From: Mytilus californianus
Taxonomy: Eukaryota
DNA length: 64,000 nucleotides
Direction of reading: 5' to 3'
NCBI RefSeq assembly: GCF_021869535.1
Contig: NW_026262701.1
Coordinates: forward strand, 102,114,001-102,178,000
The stretch's first letter is position 1. Every line of letters starts with the position of its first letter. The notes under the pieces are model-generated. The model saw only the letters and a program-made list of their open reading frames with translations. It was not told the DNA's origin and made no database searches. This document shows, in pieces, positions 26,061-39,567 of this stretch. The position numbers and the translations under genes were made by a program.

Positions 26061-28815
26061 ACATATGGCCACCCTTAATTCCGACAGACACTATTTACAA
26101 CATATGGCCACCCTTAATCCCGACAGACCCTATTTACAACAAGATAAGATAAGATAAGATAAGATATTTTATTTCCAATTATGGGCCCCAAAGGGCATAA
26201 ACATTACAACATCAATAATTTTTTCATAATACAATACAAACAATGAGATAAAAAAAAAAAAAAGTTAAACGAGAACTATTTAAGTTCTTAAAGAATACGT
26301 AGATAAAGAATCTATAGTATGTTGTTTTTTTTAATACTAATGCATTTTATTGCAAGTGTGGTTGATATAGATAACAAACAAGCAGCCCAAAAAGAAAAAA
26401 AGAAAAATAGATATCCACATATGTATAGTACACAAAAAGTTGGATCAATTAAATATATAATAATTAGCCAAAAAGAAAGTAGAAATTAAACATGTCCATG
26501 ACTCATCCTGTGTCAGCAGCAAATAGGAAAGCATTATGGTTTCCTAAAGGCAGCTGACACCAGGGGGCGATACCTTATGGGCCATAGGCATGTAAAATGT
26601 GTGTAAATGTCTCTTTCCTACCTGTATCAAAAGCAAACAAGGAAGCATCATAGGTAACTTGAATGCAGTTGATACCAGGGGACGATGCCTCAAGGATATA
26701 AGAGAACATTTGAATAAATAATATATCTTAACAATTATTTTTTTTTTTAATCGGCTAGTATGTTTGTGATATTCAGATGAATATAATTTTCTATGTCCAA
26801 TCAAATGTATATACACACATAGATTTCCTTTAACTAATCTTCACTAAGGAAGATGTTTGTATATAAAATTACATATTATTTTAAGTAACTCAACATTTTC
26901 TACACTAAATAACCAGATAATTTTGCTTTGACTGTTCATATGATTAAAATAAGAATTATATTGTGCAATACTAGCTAACATACAATTTCTATCATCCTCA
27001 AATTTGTTACAATCAAATAGAAAATGAGCCTCATCTTCGACAGTATTGGAAGAACATTTATTACATATTCTGTTAATTCGGGGAATACCCTGATATCTAC
27101 CTAATTCTATTTGTAATCTATGAGAAGATACACGTAATTTAGTAAAACTTCTTCTAAGTTCAAAATTCTTGATCAATGTTAGATATTTTTCAAAACCAAA
27201 ATTTGTTTTATATAAAAGGTAGGTTTTCAGTTTACTGTCTGAAAATTTATCTATTTGTTTTTTCCAACAGCTAATAAACAATATTGATAGCTTGGTTTGT
27301 ATATATTTCTTAAATTTGTATAAGGATTCACAAAATGGAGCATTTATGGCATTTGTATAGTCAATACCAAGTATTTTAAAAACAACATTTATTGAACCAT
27401 ACCATGATGTTATATTCATGTGATGTAGTGTCTTTGATTGTGTATATGCCTCTTTTAATAGAGGAAAATTATTACCTAAATTCTCTAATCTATACCAGTA
27501 CAATAACATTCCTTTTATAATATTAAAATATATTGGAAATCTTCCAAGTTCAGATAACACGGCAGCATTTGTTGTTTTCTTGTGTACCCCAAGTATAAAT
27601 TTACAAAATTTTATATGAAGTTTCTCACAGGGTAAACCTGAATATAATTTTTCAAAAGATATATCTTCCTTCTTACATTTAGAGGAAAGAGAATTAAACA
27701 TCCCCCATATTTCGCTACCATATAATAAAATAGGTTTTACAGTGTGGTCAAAAACATGAATACTTGTTTTTACATCAGGATTAAGTGATAAAAGATCTTT
27801 CCTTAATTTGAAATGAGCTTTCAGGGATTTTTTGTATAGTTCATTTTGAGCATAACTGAATGAACCAGATGAGCTTAAATATAAACCTAGGTATTTGTAT
27901 TTTGAAACACATTCCAGATTTATATTCTGAAATGTGAATATCTGTTTTACATGTCTGCCTGCCTTGTTGAAAATCAGCACCTTTGTCTTATTAGTATTCA
28001 CATTGAGACACCAATCTTTGCAAAATTTATCAAGCATTCCCAGCTTTTCTCGTAGTCCTTCAGCTGATGTAGATAATAAAACAATATCATCAGCATACAT
28101 TAAACAATGTAGATCTTTGTCATTGACATTAACTGGGTCTCTAGTATCTGACAAATATCTGGGCAAATCATTTATGAATATCTTGAATAAATTCGGACTG
28201 AGGTTGTCACCTTGTTTGACTCCAATATCTAATGGGAAAAAATCACTTACTTGATTTTGAATTTTGACACATGATTTGCTAATTTCATACATACTTTTAA
28301 TAATGTTATAAAAATAAGACCCAGCCCCAATATCTAGTAGTTTAATCTTGATCCCTGTATGTATAACAGTATCAAAAGCCTTCTGAAAATCAACAAAACA
28401 GGCAAACAGTCTACCTTCTTTTGAATTACAGTATTTGTTAATAAGACAGTTTAAAATAAACATATGATCTGCAGTTCTGGCTTTCCTTGTGAATCCAATT
28501 TGACTATCATGTATAATATTATGTTCCTGAAGAAATTTGAACATATGGCCACCCTTAATCCCGACAGACCCTTTTTACAACATATGGCCACCCTTAATCC
28601 CGACAGACCCTATTTACAACATATGGGGACCCTTAATCCCGACATACCCTATTTACAACTTATAGCCACCCTTAAATCCCGACAGACCCTATTTGCAACA
28701 TATGGCCATCCTTAATCCCGACAGACCCTATTTACAACATGTGGCCACCCTTAAATCCCGACAGACCCTATTTGCAACATATGGCCATCCTTAATCCCGA
28801 CAGACCCTATTTACA
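26061..28815. repeat. 39-bp minisatellite (ACATATGGCCACCCTTAATCCCGACAGACCCTATTTACA) split by the LINE
   Basis: Two units at 26061/26100; seven units from 28541 to ~28815. Confidence 0.92.
26141..28540 (-). mobile_element. 5'-truncated non-LTR retrotransposon (RTE/RTE-X-like) with intact 566-codon RT ORF and (ATCTT)5 tail
   Basis: FVDFQKAFD, GVKQGDNLSP.LF, MYADD, YKYLG and C-terminal SHRLQIELGRY..RICNKC..EDEAHFLFDC; AATAAA followed by an (AAGAT)5 run on the + strand at 26141-26165. Confidence 0.92.
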
Positions 28816-31800
28816 CAAAATCTGACATCACTTTCATGCTACTTTCACTTTTATCTACATCCGTATGATTGTGGTGCTTTAACATGAGAATACAGATTAT
28901 TTTTTAAGAAATTTGCAGTGATGTCCACAATTGGGAAATTCAAATTTGCTCCACAGTGCATCTCTGGTTATTTATTTAGAATTTTCTAAACTTAAGCCAA
29001 TGTCTTTTTGCTTTTTTAAAAAGTTTTTGTTTTACGTTTCGATCCCAAAATAATTAGACTCAGAGTGTAATATAGAGAGTCACACATTTCTGTACACTTG
29101 TGCACTTGGTGCATCAAATACTTCTTAGAATAGTTATATAAATCTTCATTGAACTAATTAATTTGCCGAATTAACATACTACAGTAAAACCAGAGTGAAC
29201 TACTGATTCGATACTATCGGTCAGAAACATTGAGTTATAATTTCATTGAAGCTGTCTATAAATCTCTGCTTATGCATATATTTTAGTACCAAGTTTTGAC
29301 TGTATTTTTCAGGTATGTTAATTTACAGTCTTGAAGGTGAAATTCATAAAGAAAATGCTTAAATATACATACACTTAATATGTCACGTTTTTAATTAAGA
29401 ACTGTAGTTGAGCTTGTCCGTTGACTGAGACACAGTTCGGGGCCTATATATCTAGTTAACACACTCGTACATCATTACTACCGTACACGTGTGCACGTGT
29501 ATATACTATTAATGATAAGGCTCCATTTTGGAACAAATGTATTTAAAGTAACCTATAATATAAGACATATAATGTATTCAAACTAGATTATATGGCTTTT
29601 TAAAAAGTCTGTTGAAGTAACATTTGAATAAAAGCAAGATTTCGAAGTACTATCGGGCCATTACCAGTATACAAAAATATCAGTTAATACCAAAGATCTA
29701 ACTACTTATCAGGGTTATATCCCGGGTACACATATTAGACGTTAGAAGTATGAATAAAACAAAGGGAAGTACAAAACATATATCAGGCGAAATTTCTTTG
29801 TATGTACATGTAGTAAGGAGTGTATTCTTCTATCCCCTGGACATGTGTGACGCTAAAACTCTGTTGATGCCTTTCCCCACGCCCATCCCACTTTTCAGTA
29901 AACATATTAAAAGTTCGATGATAACTAAAAGATTCTGCATGCATATCAGTCTTTAATGTAAACAGCAACATTTTTGTATGCTTGTGTGGTTGGTTGGTTT
30001 GTTTTTGTTTTTGCTGTCAACTGAAATATTTCAATGAAAACGACATGAGAATTTTCCTCTATTCTAGTCCCTATACCCAACACACTCGCATAAGCATGTT
30101 CCGCGCGGCTACAAACAAAAACATTTAAATTACCCATTATTACATATGTCACTGTTAAATGTGACATCAACAGACTGTATTAAACAAAGACTATATCGTT
30201 TCGCCGAAAGAAAAATGAAATTTCTCATCACATTTAACACAATTTTCATTTTTATATACCTTTAAGATCTTATATCATCTCTAATATCCATCAGCCAAAG
30301 GCGTTACACAATAATATCTGTTTTAAACAAGGTCACTTTGAATAATAACCTTCCGAAATGTATCTAATAAGAACATTGCAGGTTTAGACACAACCAAACC
30401 TGAATGCAAAACAAATTGTACGTATAAATGGAAACATGCCCTGCATTTGTCAAGTACAATGTTTACAAAAACTCTGTTTAACTGTTATAAATTTGATAAT
30501 AAAATATGCAAATGTTTTCATTCCAATAAACTGGTTGACATTTGTTGATATATTTCGGTAATAAATATTATTGAATTCTAAGTAATTTTAAATCAGCTTT
30601 TATCCATATACATCTTGGTATTAGTATGTATATTATATCTGACAGTATTAAATTTGCTAGCTTGACATTTGCTTTCACGTAATTTGAAGAAAAAAATTAA
30701 GCTTTATTATGAAAATATATTTAACTTTTAAAGTTCAGTGAAAGGTTACACAAGCTAATTTTCAGATGAAAAAGTAAAACTGAATGGCGCTTCAATAAAA
30801 TTAAGTAACATGTGCTCGTATTCCTATTCATACTAACACCAGATATCTATTTAAAATATTTAATTCGATCGATCGCAGGTTTAATCAAATTCTTCGTTCC
30901 TATCAAATATTTGAGTAGCTGTTTCCATACTGTTGATGATTTCCGATTTGTCATCCATCATAGACAAAAGTGTTTAGTTTACACAAATTAAATATGAAAT
31001 GAGATTCGCTTATCAATTTTCGTTTTTTATTTGTCCAGGGTCGTTGTGTTCAAAATATAAGTGAAACTATCTAAAATGCGATTAGGGAGTGAAGTAAATT
31101 AAACAACAACATTTATAATGTGACATTAATATTTCAATTCACTATGAAGACTGAAATGTTTAGTCATTAATCGGCCAGAAAACCATCGTTTTACTCAGGT
31201 GTCAATATCGCAAGTACAACATTTGAAACTATTCACGGGATATAATTTTACATTCAAAACATGTAATTTCGGCATTGATTGGACTATACAATGATATTTC
31301 ATGTTGCAAGTACACAATTCAAAGAGGGAACAAACAAAAAAAGAGACAACACAGAGCGAAAAGTACACCGAATACCAACATTTCTGCTTTAAAAAGGGTC
31401 ACATTGTGCTATTTTTGTTTATTGTTTGTACATAAATTTAGTTTTAGTTTCGTGTCATGTCGGGGCCTTTTATAGGTGACTATACGGTATTGGTTTCGCT
31501 CATTGATGAAGGTCATACAGTGACCTATAGTTGTTTACAATCGGTCTTTGGTGGATAGTTGTCTCATTGGCAATCATTCCACATCTTCTTATTTCCAAGT
31601 TTATAAACTGCGATCGAACATACTGAATCTTATATATGGGAACTAATCCTATTTTTGATTCGGCAAAGGGGAGCTGTGAAAAGTCAAAGTCATTTAACCA
31701 AAAAAATTAAAAAAATGACCACTGCATAAATTGACCTTTCTTGCATGTTCTTCGTATTAGTTTATTAACTGGTTAATCGAAGGCTGACATCTCGTTATCA

Positions 31801-32094
31801 GACCAGGGTGTTTCGTAACACAAACGAAATATATCAAATAGGAAATAACTTAAATGTCAATAGAAACCAAACATCGCTATTGATCCTGGCAAAACAGTAA
31901 CTATTAAAGTGATAAAATAATTATATACCACTGCGCAAAGTGTATATTTTGGTAATTTAAAATGTACTATCACTAAAGTTTTGAGCTTCGTTTATCGATG
32001 AGTGAAACTATTTGCCATCAGTTTTCCATGAAAGTATTGTCATCTTAATTGTTAGTTTTGTTTTTTGTTTTCGTTTGTACATAAAGTCATTTTA

Positions 32095-34445
32095 AAAAAG
32101 AGAGACGAAAGATACCAAAGGGACATTCAAACTCATAAGTCGAAAATAAACTGACAACGCCATGGCTAAAAAAGAAAAGGACAAACAGACAAACAATCGT
32201 ACACAAAACACAACAAAGAAAACTAAAGACTGAGCAACACGAACCCCACCAAAACTGGAGGTGATAGCAGGTGCTCCGGAAGGGTAAGCAGATCCTGCTC
32301 CACATGTGGCACCGTCGTGTTGCTAATGTTAGTACAAACCCGGTCATAAGCCTAACTCGGTAGGTCACAGTCAGGAAAAGGTGATGGGATTGTAGTTACG
32401 ACATTAGGAACATATCCGCTATCATCTGTGAAACGGATATTCTGTAACGGTCAACCAACTCGTGATGGCGTCCGTAAAATTTACGAAGGGATAATTTCAA
32501 CTTCACCACTCGGAACTCTTGGTTTAATAGCTTCCTTGTGAGCAGCAACCCTCTATCAAGGAAATCATGATAGGAAATACAAGCCCTGGAGTATCGTATC
32601 AACTGGGAGATATATACTTTGTATGCAGGCGCTGCTGGAATGTTGCTACATAAAAATGGAAAGTTCACAATTGTGAAGCTGAAATCATCTCTTTTGTCAT
32701 AAAGTTTTGTTTTCAACCGATCCTCATTGTCAATTTCTGGATGTAAGTCAAGATATGAGGCAGACTTAACTGTGTCTGTTGTATCCTTTATCTCAAATTC
32801 GATGGGATAGATGCGTTCAACATAGTCACCAAATTTTGAATTATTTAGTGAGAGAACATCATCTTTGTAGCGGAAAGTAAAGTTAAAGGATACTGCTAAC
32901 TTCTTTTCTTTCTTCCTAAGAAGTTCCTGTATGAAGTCAGCCTCATATGAATAAAGGAACAAGTCGACAAGAAGAGGGGCACAGTTGTTTCCCATGGGAA
33001 TGCCGAATGTTTGTTGATAAACACGTCCTCCAAACGTAACAAATATGTTGTCAATCAAGAAATCAAGCATCTTGATGATGTCAGTTTCAGAGAATGTTTT
33101 GATAGGATCAGAGCGATTTTTTACAAAGTAGGATTTATCCCTCCCCTTATAAGACAAGATACTTGTATCTACGTTGGCCATTTTATTATGAAACAAAGCA
33201 GGACCAACTCTTTCAATTTGTCTTTTAGTTTGGAATGGGGAATATTTGTGTAAAGTGTAGAAAAGTCAAATGTTTTAGTACTATTGCAAGATGAAAGAGT
33301 CTTAGATTGTATGTACTCTAAAAGATCTTTGGAATTTTTTAGTATCCACATCTGATTCACGCCACCTCTAGAATAGGTAGTTTCACAATAACTTTGAAGC
33401 CCGGCTTTGATTGCTGATGAAATTGATGTTAATAATTTAAAAAGAGGTTTCCTGGAGCACTTGGAAGACCCAGCAATATACCGTTGTTTGTAAGGACACT
33501 TATGGAGTTTAGGTATCCAATACAGTGATGGAAGATCCAGTTCTTCATCTTTGGTTGAAATTCCAAAGGAACATAGAACAGACCTATGATTATCCAGGAT
33601 TTCCTCTTTAGTAAGTGTCGTGGGGTATATGTTTAGTTTCCAAGTGAATTGTCAATACCTAATTCATTTATCAAGCAGTTTATGTAATGTGATTTACACA
33701 CAAAAACGATGTTGTTTGGGGATTTATTTGCGGGGACAACAACATATTTGTCATGGAGGTAAGACAAGTGTTTAGCAACATTTGGGTCTTTAAAGATTGA
33801 TGTAGCATGGGTATTAATAGACCGTTTCAGTTTCTTAATTCTGATTTGTATTAACGACCTCACAGCCTTAATCCATTCGGAGAGAGTATCTACGTCTTCT
33901 TTGTCGCGTTTAACCCATTGCCTGGCATAATCCTTGACTGAATCCATCAGTATTTTGAAGTTGTGTTTCCAATTGATGGATTTAGGCTCACGATATTTCG
34001 GGCCTTTGGATAACACATTTCGCAGAGAAGTGTTATTGACAATGTTAAGTTCACCAGTAATAACGTGGCCAGCCGGATTATATATGAATGGGGAACTAGC
34101 ACAGGTGCAATCAGGAGTAGACTTAAAGTCGTCAATATTGAGATCCTGCAAGGCGTGTTTGTAATTGAAAATTTTAGTTGCAATTGGTTTGGTATAGGTA
34201 TAAGAAATGATAGATACAGACTGATCTTTGAAATGAGAGGTATTTTCGAATGAACTAATTTATGACGAAGGATATTGCCCAAGTTGATGGCATCGAGACC
34301 TTTGTTGGCAAAAGACAGTTTAAGAAAGGATCTTTTCTCTTTTTTATCTTTTCCAATGCGATCTGGTTTGGAAAGTCTGTGACTTGCAAACTGATGAGTT
34401 CAGGGAAAAAAGCACTACTTCGCGACATAATACGACTTCACCCTG
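32095..34445 (-). mobile_element. 5'-truncated, degraded Penelope-like retroelement, Naiad type (family 1)
   Basis: RT motifs VVVPANK, YWIPKLHK, TFDFSTLYTNIPH, GIPMG..CAP and FRYKDD. A CxC linker (PDCTCASSPF) lies upstream of the RT and no endonuclease follows it, which is the Naiad domain order. Frameshifts and a premature TAA at 33633; 3' UTR ~32095-32395. Confidence 0.88.
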
Positions 34446-36405
34446 TCACACAAAGGTGAACATGTTTATATTACAAGCGAGTGTGGACATACTATTGTAC
34501 TTTATATCATCTTAAATTTTAACTTAAGAGATATGGTGAATATATCGTAATATATGAAGAATAGTTTACAATAGAAATGTAAAAATCAAATTTTGGCAAC
34601 AGTAGTTTACCGATGTTCAAATCTCATAAATCTATAAAGAAAATACAATTCAAGATAACAAATAAAAATTGAGGAAATCACATGAACTCAAAAATGAATG
34701 TTGGTTGGGTAAGCATCGCATGCTATACATGCATCACTCGTCATAAGATTCTACACTCAGTCAAAATGGCACTATTGGGAATAGGACACAGTCGGTAAGA
34801 TTGCAGATAAGACACAAATTGGTTCAGAGATAATTGTTTTATATATCAAAATAAGTAAAATGTTTTTTGGGTCCCTAGACGTCTTATTTTGAAACGTTTT
34901 AAGCAACTTTTCAAACTTTCATTTCAGTATCAACCAGAACAAAATATATTGTGTTTATAAATGGACGACATATAAGTATGCGCACGAAAAAGTGAAATTA
35001 TAATATAAGACGTAACTAGATAGTCAAAGGGAACATTTCCATAGTTTTTCCCACCTTCGGCTGATGTAAGCATTATATTTCAGATTATTTTGTAGCCTGA
35101 AAATCAGACTGCTCTGCTGTAGACAAGAATGTGCTGTGTTATGTAACATACATATACTTATAACAACCATTTTAACTGTAGAAGAAATGATATTATAGAT
35201 AAAATTGTAGGCAAAGGGGTATATAAAATGTTAGTTTAAAATTTATTTTACTTATATAGAATGCCTTAAAAAAACTATCTAATATTTCATTCAAAAAAGG
35301 ACCAAAGGGGCATGGGATATGATGTGTTACGCTTGTATTGGCGCTCAGTATACGTAAGAGGAAATGGTAAATACTGTTCGCATCTGTAAAATTGAGCGAC
35401 GCATTTGATGTTCAAATGAACAAGTGTAGCTAATTTTGAAAATATTAAATATGAAAATAACATATTTTAAGTAGGTCATGGACGGGTTATATGCACTTAT
35501 ATATTCATGGCCGGACGGGTGACCATATTCGCTATAAACAAGTTCATTTATTACATGCCGTCTTTCTGTCAAAGATCTTATTCTACAATATATCTTTCCT
35601 TTTTTTCTATCAGATTTCATTTTTGTACTGCCTTTTATTTTTCTCCATAAAAACTATGTATGTCCATCGATTATTATATCAACAAATATCAAATACTCTA
35701 CCCAACAGTAATAAATATTAAACAAGGTGCATGAATTGTGGTAACTATATTTACGAGGACAATAACAGATAATATATTTACACATCTTACATGTGCACTT
35801 TGACATGCATAGTTTTATCGCGTGTTATAAGACTTGTATTTCGAACAACATGTATGAGTCATCAACATGTAGGTAAATATCAAAAGTACACTTTCTATAC
35901 AAACTAACCCTGATAATATCACGTATCATTTTAGGTGCTTTTATGTTAAAATAATCCGCTTGACTTAACAAATCAGCCGTATTTCGAGTTAAAAAAGTTA
36001 ATTCATTTATTCGTTTTTCAATAACGGAATCACCCCAATTTTATCACATACCATCAAAAGATTAAACATGCATTGTCCACATATGTCATCTTTTCATTGC
36101 CTTTCTGGTGATAAGCACTATTGAATTTTATTTATGTCAGATATGACATAGTAGTGTCGAATTCAGAATTTTAGAAGAAAATTAAAATAAGCTTAAATCG
36201 TAATATTTTAATTCCCTGCTATTTACCTTACTTTATAAGCACAAGAATACAGTTATCAACATCTTTACCTCTAGATGTCTATTTTTCGTGTCTTTAAGTT
36301 ACTGTCTTATTGGTGTATACCTTCAAATCTGATTTAATATATGATAGATTGGTGTTATCGCTCCCTTAGGATACCCGACCCACTGTCCTCTGTCGATCCC
36401 ATGCA

Positions 36406-36406
36406 G

Positions 36407-36441
<35 letters not shown>
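36406..36441. repeat. (TGTC)n microsatellite upstream of the alpha-kinase-like exon
   Basis: About eight TGTC units. Confidence 0.9.
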
Positions 36442-36549
36442 TCAAGACTATGCTGTGTTTGTAAAAATTTGGGACATGACGGAAACTGAATTTTCAGGAA
36501 AAAATACATGCAATAACAAATTGACTATTTAATTTTATTATTTCAGAAA

Positions 36550-39500
36550 ATGGGTAAATGGGATGTGATACAGTGGACAAGGAAATCAACAAACAGTTTA
36601 CGTGATAAACAACCAGTAAATTCCTGCTTTGGATTATATCCCCAAGTATATACGCCTACAAAATTAGTATACAAGGCTGCAATAATCTGTAATGAATTTG
36701 AAAAACCGGAAGTAGGTGTCGTCAAAGCTAGGCGATACAGACCAGGGACAGAAAGATACTGGCAGGGAGAATTGGATCAAAATCGCTATGCGCATCAAGT
36801 AGCAACCGCATTTACAGATCAAACGCTAGCTGCTAGAATAGAAATCGTGGACCAATATCTAGCACCACTCCATAGACAAACAAGTTGGGACAAAGTCTGT
36901 CTAAAACTAAAACCCCGTTATTTCAGACAGTTGTTGAAGTTCGAAATTGTGTTACTTGAAGAGGTTGTGCGAGATCTGAAGCCCTTCAAAAAGGATAAAG
37001 TTTTAGAAGCGTTTTCTCATTTTTCATATTCAGAAAGCAATGGTGAAAATTTGTTGTATGCATTTCAAGGCAACCGATTAGATGAGGGAATATATCTGCT
37101 GTTAACACCAGACATGTTAACTCATAAGTACGATATTCACAAATGGTTCCAAAAACACACATGTAATGACATTTGTGGTAAATTTAAAAAGCCATCTAGT
37201 ATTACTGAAACCGTTAATCCCATGAATATTCCAACCGACAATATGTTCTTTAACTTTCAAAACGATTCACGACCACCGAGCTACGAAGACGATATGTCCA
37301 GAGAAGCGCCAAACGAAAAGAGTAATGAGCATGCTAACCTAGAAACTACTTTTGGCGCTAAATCTTGTGATGGGTCATTTTCTGTCGTCACTGCATTAGT
37401 GCATTCCGACAGTTTGGGAAAGGATAAACCTTTGTTGAAAGAACAAACAAACAATCAGGTTGGAGAAAAATCCGTACTGACAACAGAGCAGTTACCAGTC
37501 GAGCAAAATCAAGCAGCTCATATTGACAAAGAAAGTGACAACGTGAATGTTTCTGATCAAGATTGCCTGGACGGGAGAGATAGTCTCATACATGATACTG
37601 GACCGACGGGTATCAACCTTTGTAGATTTAAAAATTTGGACGAAGATAAGCAAAGGAAAAAGACTATTTCTTTGAAAAGCGAAAACTTCCCTGGAAATGA
37701 CATTGAAGAAATAGAGGTAGGCAACTACGACATGTCTAGTTCAAAGTTTGAAGCAACAACTCTTGTGATGAGACCAAACTTTTATTGTTTAAATGTCAGT
37801 GATATTAAAAATGAAGATAAGTTGAACAGTACCGATGATAATGTGGATGTAGAAAAAAATGAACAAAATGCAAAAGTTTCCGTGGAAAATTGTTTCGGTG
37901 ATGAAGAAATTCCAAGATATGTTAACAGCTCCAGTAGAGATATAGTAACGTCATCACCATTGCCTAGTCCGAATGTGGCAAACGAAAATGATCCATCACA
38001 ACAATATATCTCCGAGCAGGAATATATCTCCAAACAGAATTCCACATGTCAAGAAAGTAGTCCGAAGTTAAGGCAACAAATTATATCTGAAGAGCATTGT
38101 CCGACTGACAATTCTGGAGATTCTGATGTGACACAGAACTATACTGAAAACAGTGAAGTAACAGTTTCTTCCAAATTATCATGTGAATCTGAACAACCAA
38201 CAGATTTTCAAACAAGCGTTTCATCTGTACAGCAACTGCCATGTCAAAATATAAATAAAATTTCACAACCAGAAATCATATCTATATGTAGTCATAATGA
38301 ACAAGATACGTATCAATCGCAACAACGGGATGAATTCCTAGAATATAAGCCTGTTGTCACTGAAGAATGGAATTCTTATTCTAATACATATTGTGAAATA
38401 CAAAATGTGGGAAATATTTCTTTGCCAACGACAGAGATCTCATCTTCGACTTCGATAGAACCAAACACATCTGACCTTGACATTTCGAATGATAGCACAC
38501 TAAGCTCCTTAGAGATGTTTGCGAGAAATTACATCATACCTGAATATGATGATAACCAAAAAAATAATTCAAATGCATGTTTGTCAATGGATTTAAAGGA
38601 AACAAATGAAGAATTGAGTACAGAGGTCACAGAAAATGTGGAAAATAGCAATACAGATGAAACAGGAGTGGAACGTATTTGTGACGAGCGCGACAAATCA
38701 TCTCCAAACACAGGAACAAATGTAGCTTTAGCAAACAACGCACTTCTTGTGAAAGAAGAACCGGAAATATCATCTACAGCAATAGAATTACAAAATAACT
38801 GTATTCATCCAATACCTACTGACTGTGCAAATTTGTCGGAAAAGGAGAGAAAAGAACCAATTTCTTTCCTTGACGAAAACGAAATTAAAGAAAACCCCGT
38901 AGAAACAATGGATCGTGTAGATTTAATGGAAAATGATAAGACCGAGCAAAATTCTTTTCTAGACAATGATGATAACGATGTACAGAAATTACTTGATGTA
39001 CAGAAGTTACTTATATCAACCTCGGATAGCGCTGATTCGATGGAAAAGGAAAAGAACGAACGCAACTCCCGTCTCAACAGCGATCCTCATAAACCATCCA
39101 ACCCAGAATTTTTGATAAAATACAATTTACACGAGTTTGTTGATCCAAACGAAAACGTAAGCTATTTTCAGTCTCCAAATTCTACTCCTGTGTCGATACC
39201 AACCACTTCAGATGTATCAGACCAAACAAGTTCACCACAAGTAAAAATTAACGAGGCAGAAGTACTTCCATTTCAACGACAAAAGCCGCTTACATCCTCA
39301 CTGCGTTCAAGTAAACAAAAACACAAGGCCAAAAGCGTTAAATTTGCAGATGATATAAATGTTGGGACGAGAAACAATATCATTGAACAGCAAACAGAAA
39401 ATAATCTGGGACAAAAACCACAAACCATGTCACCAGTGATAAAAATCACAACGTCAGATTCTACAGAAACAAAAAGTTTAGAGCCTATCAACTCGGTGGA

Positions 39501-39567
39501 TGCAAACTGGCATTCACATATTCCTTGTGAATGTTGCGACAACCAAAACATAACAGGACGAGACTGA
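36550..39567 (+). CDS. Alpha-kinase-fold protein (predicted pseudokinase), 1005 aa: N-terminal ~210-aa domain plus long acidic Ser/Thr/Asn-rich disordered tail
   Basis: Uninterrupted 1005-codon ORF. Motifs VVK(59), AFSHFSY(154-160), xFQG(172-174) and HTCNDIC(203-209) match the alpha-kinase family; ATG is 3 nt after a tttcag acceptor (36546). Confidence 0.88.
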   Translation: MGKWDVIQWTRKSTNSLRDKQPVNSCFGLYPQVYTPTKLVYKAAIICNEFEKPEVGVVKARRYRPGTERYWQGELDQNRYAHQVATAFTDQTLAARIEIVDQYLAPLHRQTSWDKVCLKLKPRYFRQLLKFEIVLLEEVVRDLKPFKKDKVLEAFSHFSYSESNGENLLYAFQGNRLDEGIYLLLTPDMLTHKYDIHKWFQKHTCNDICGKFKKPSSITETVNPMNIPTDNMFFNFQNDSRPPSYEDDMSREAPNEKSNEHANLETTFGAKSCDGSFSVVTALVHSDSLGKDKPLLKEQTNNQVGEKSVLTTEQLPVEQNQAAHIDKESDNVNVSDQDCLDGRDSLIHDTGPTGINLCRFKNLDEDKQRKKTISLKSENFPGNDIEEIEVGNYDMSSSKFEATTLVMRPNFYCLNVSDIKNEDKLNSTDDNVDVEKNEQNAKVSVENCFGDEEIPRYVNSSSRDIVTSSPLPSPNVANENDPSQQYISEQEYISKQNSTCQESSPKLRQQIISEEHCPTDNSGDSDVTQNYTENSEVTVSSKLSCESEQPTDFQTSVSSVQQLPCQNINKISQPEIISICSHNEQDTYQSQQRDEFLEYKPVVTEEWNSYSNTYCEIQNVGNISLPTTEISSSTSIEPNTSDLDISNDSTLSSLEMFARNYIIPEYDDNQKNNSNACLSMDLKETNEELSTEVTENVENSNTDETGVERICDERDKSSPNTGTNVALANNALLVKEEPEISSTAIELQNNCIHPIPTDCANLSEKERKEPISFLDENEIKENPVETMDRVDLMENDKTEQNSFLDNDDNDVQKLLDVQKLLISTSDSADSMEKEKNERNSRLNSDPHKPSNPEFLIKYNLHEFVDPNENVSYFQSPNSTPVSIPTTSDVSDQTSSPQVKINEAEVLPFQRQKPLTSSLRSSKQKHKAKSVKFADDINVGTRNNIIEQQTENNLGQKPQTMSPVIKITTSDSTETKSLEPINSVDANWHSHIPCECCDNQNITGRD

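Noticed and set aside
28464-28815. 13-aa repeat ORF (HMATLNPDRPYLQ)n
   Set aside because: The 39-bp unit is in frame, but 40-bp units break the frame, a LINE splits the array, and no splice or start context was found.
26061-28815. CRISPR-like appearance of the 39-, 35- and 55-bp repeats
   Set aside because: Units are head-to-tail with no unique spacers, no cas genes are present, and the DNA is eukaryotic.
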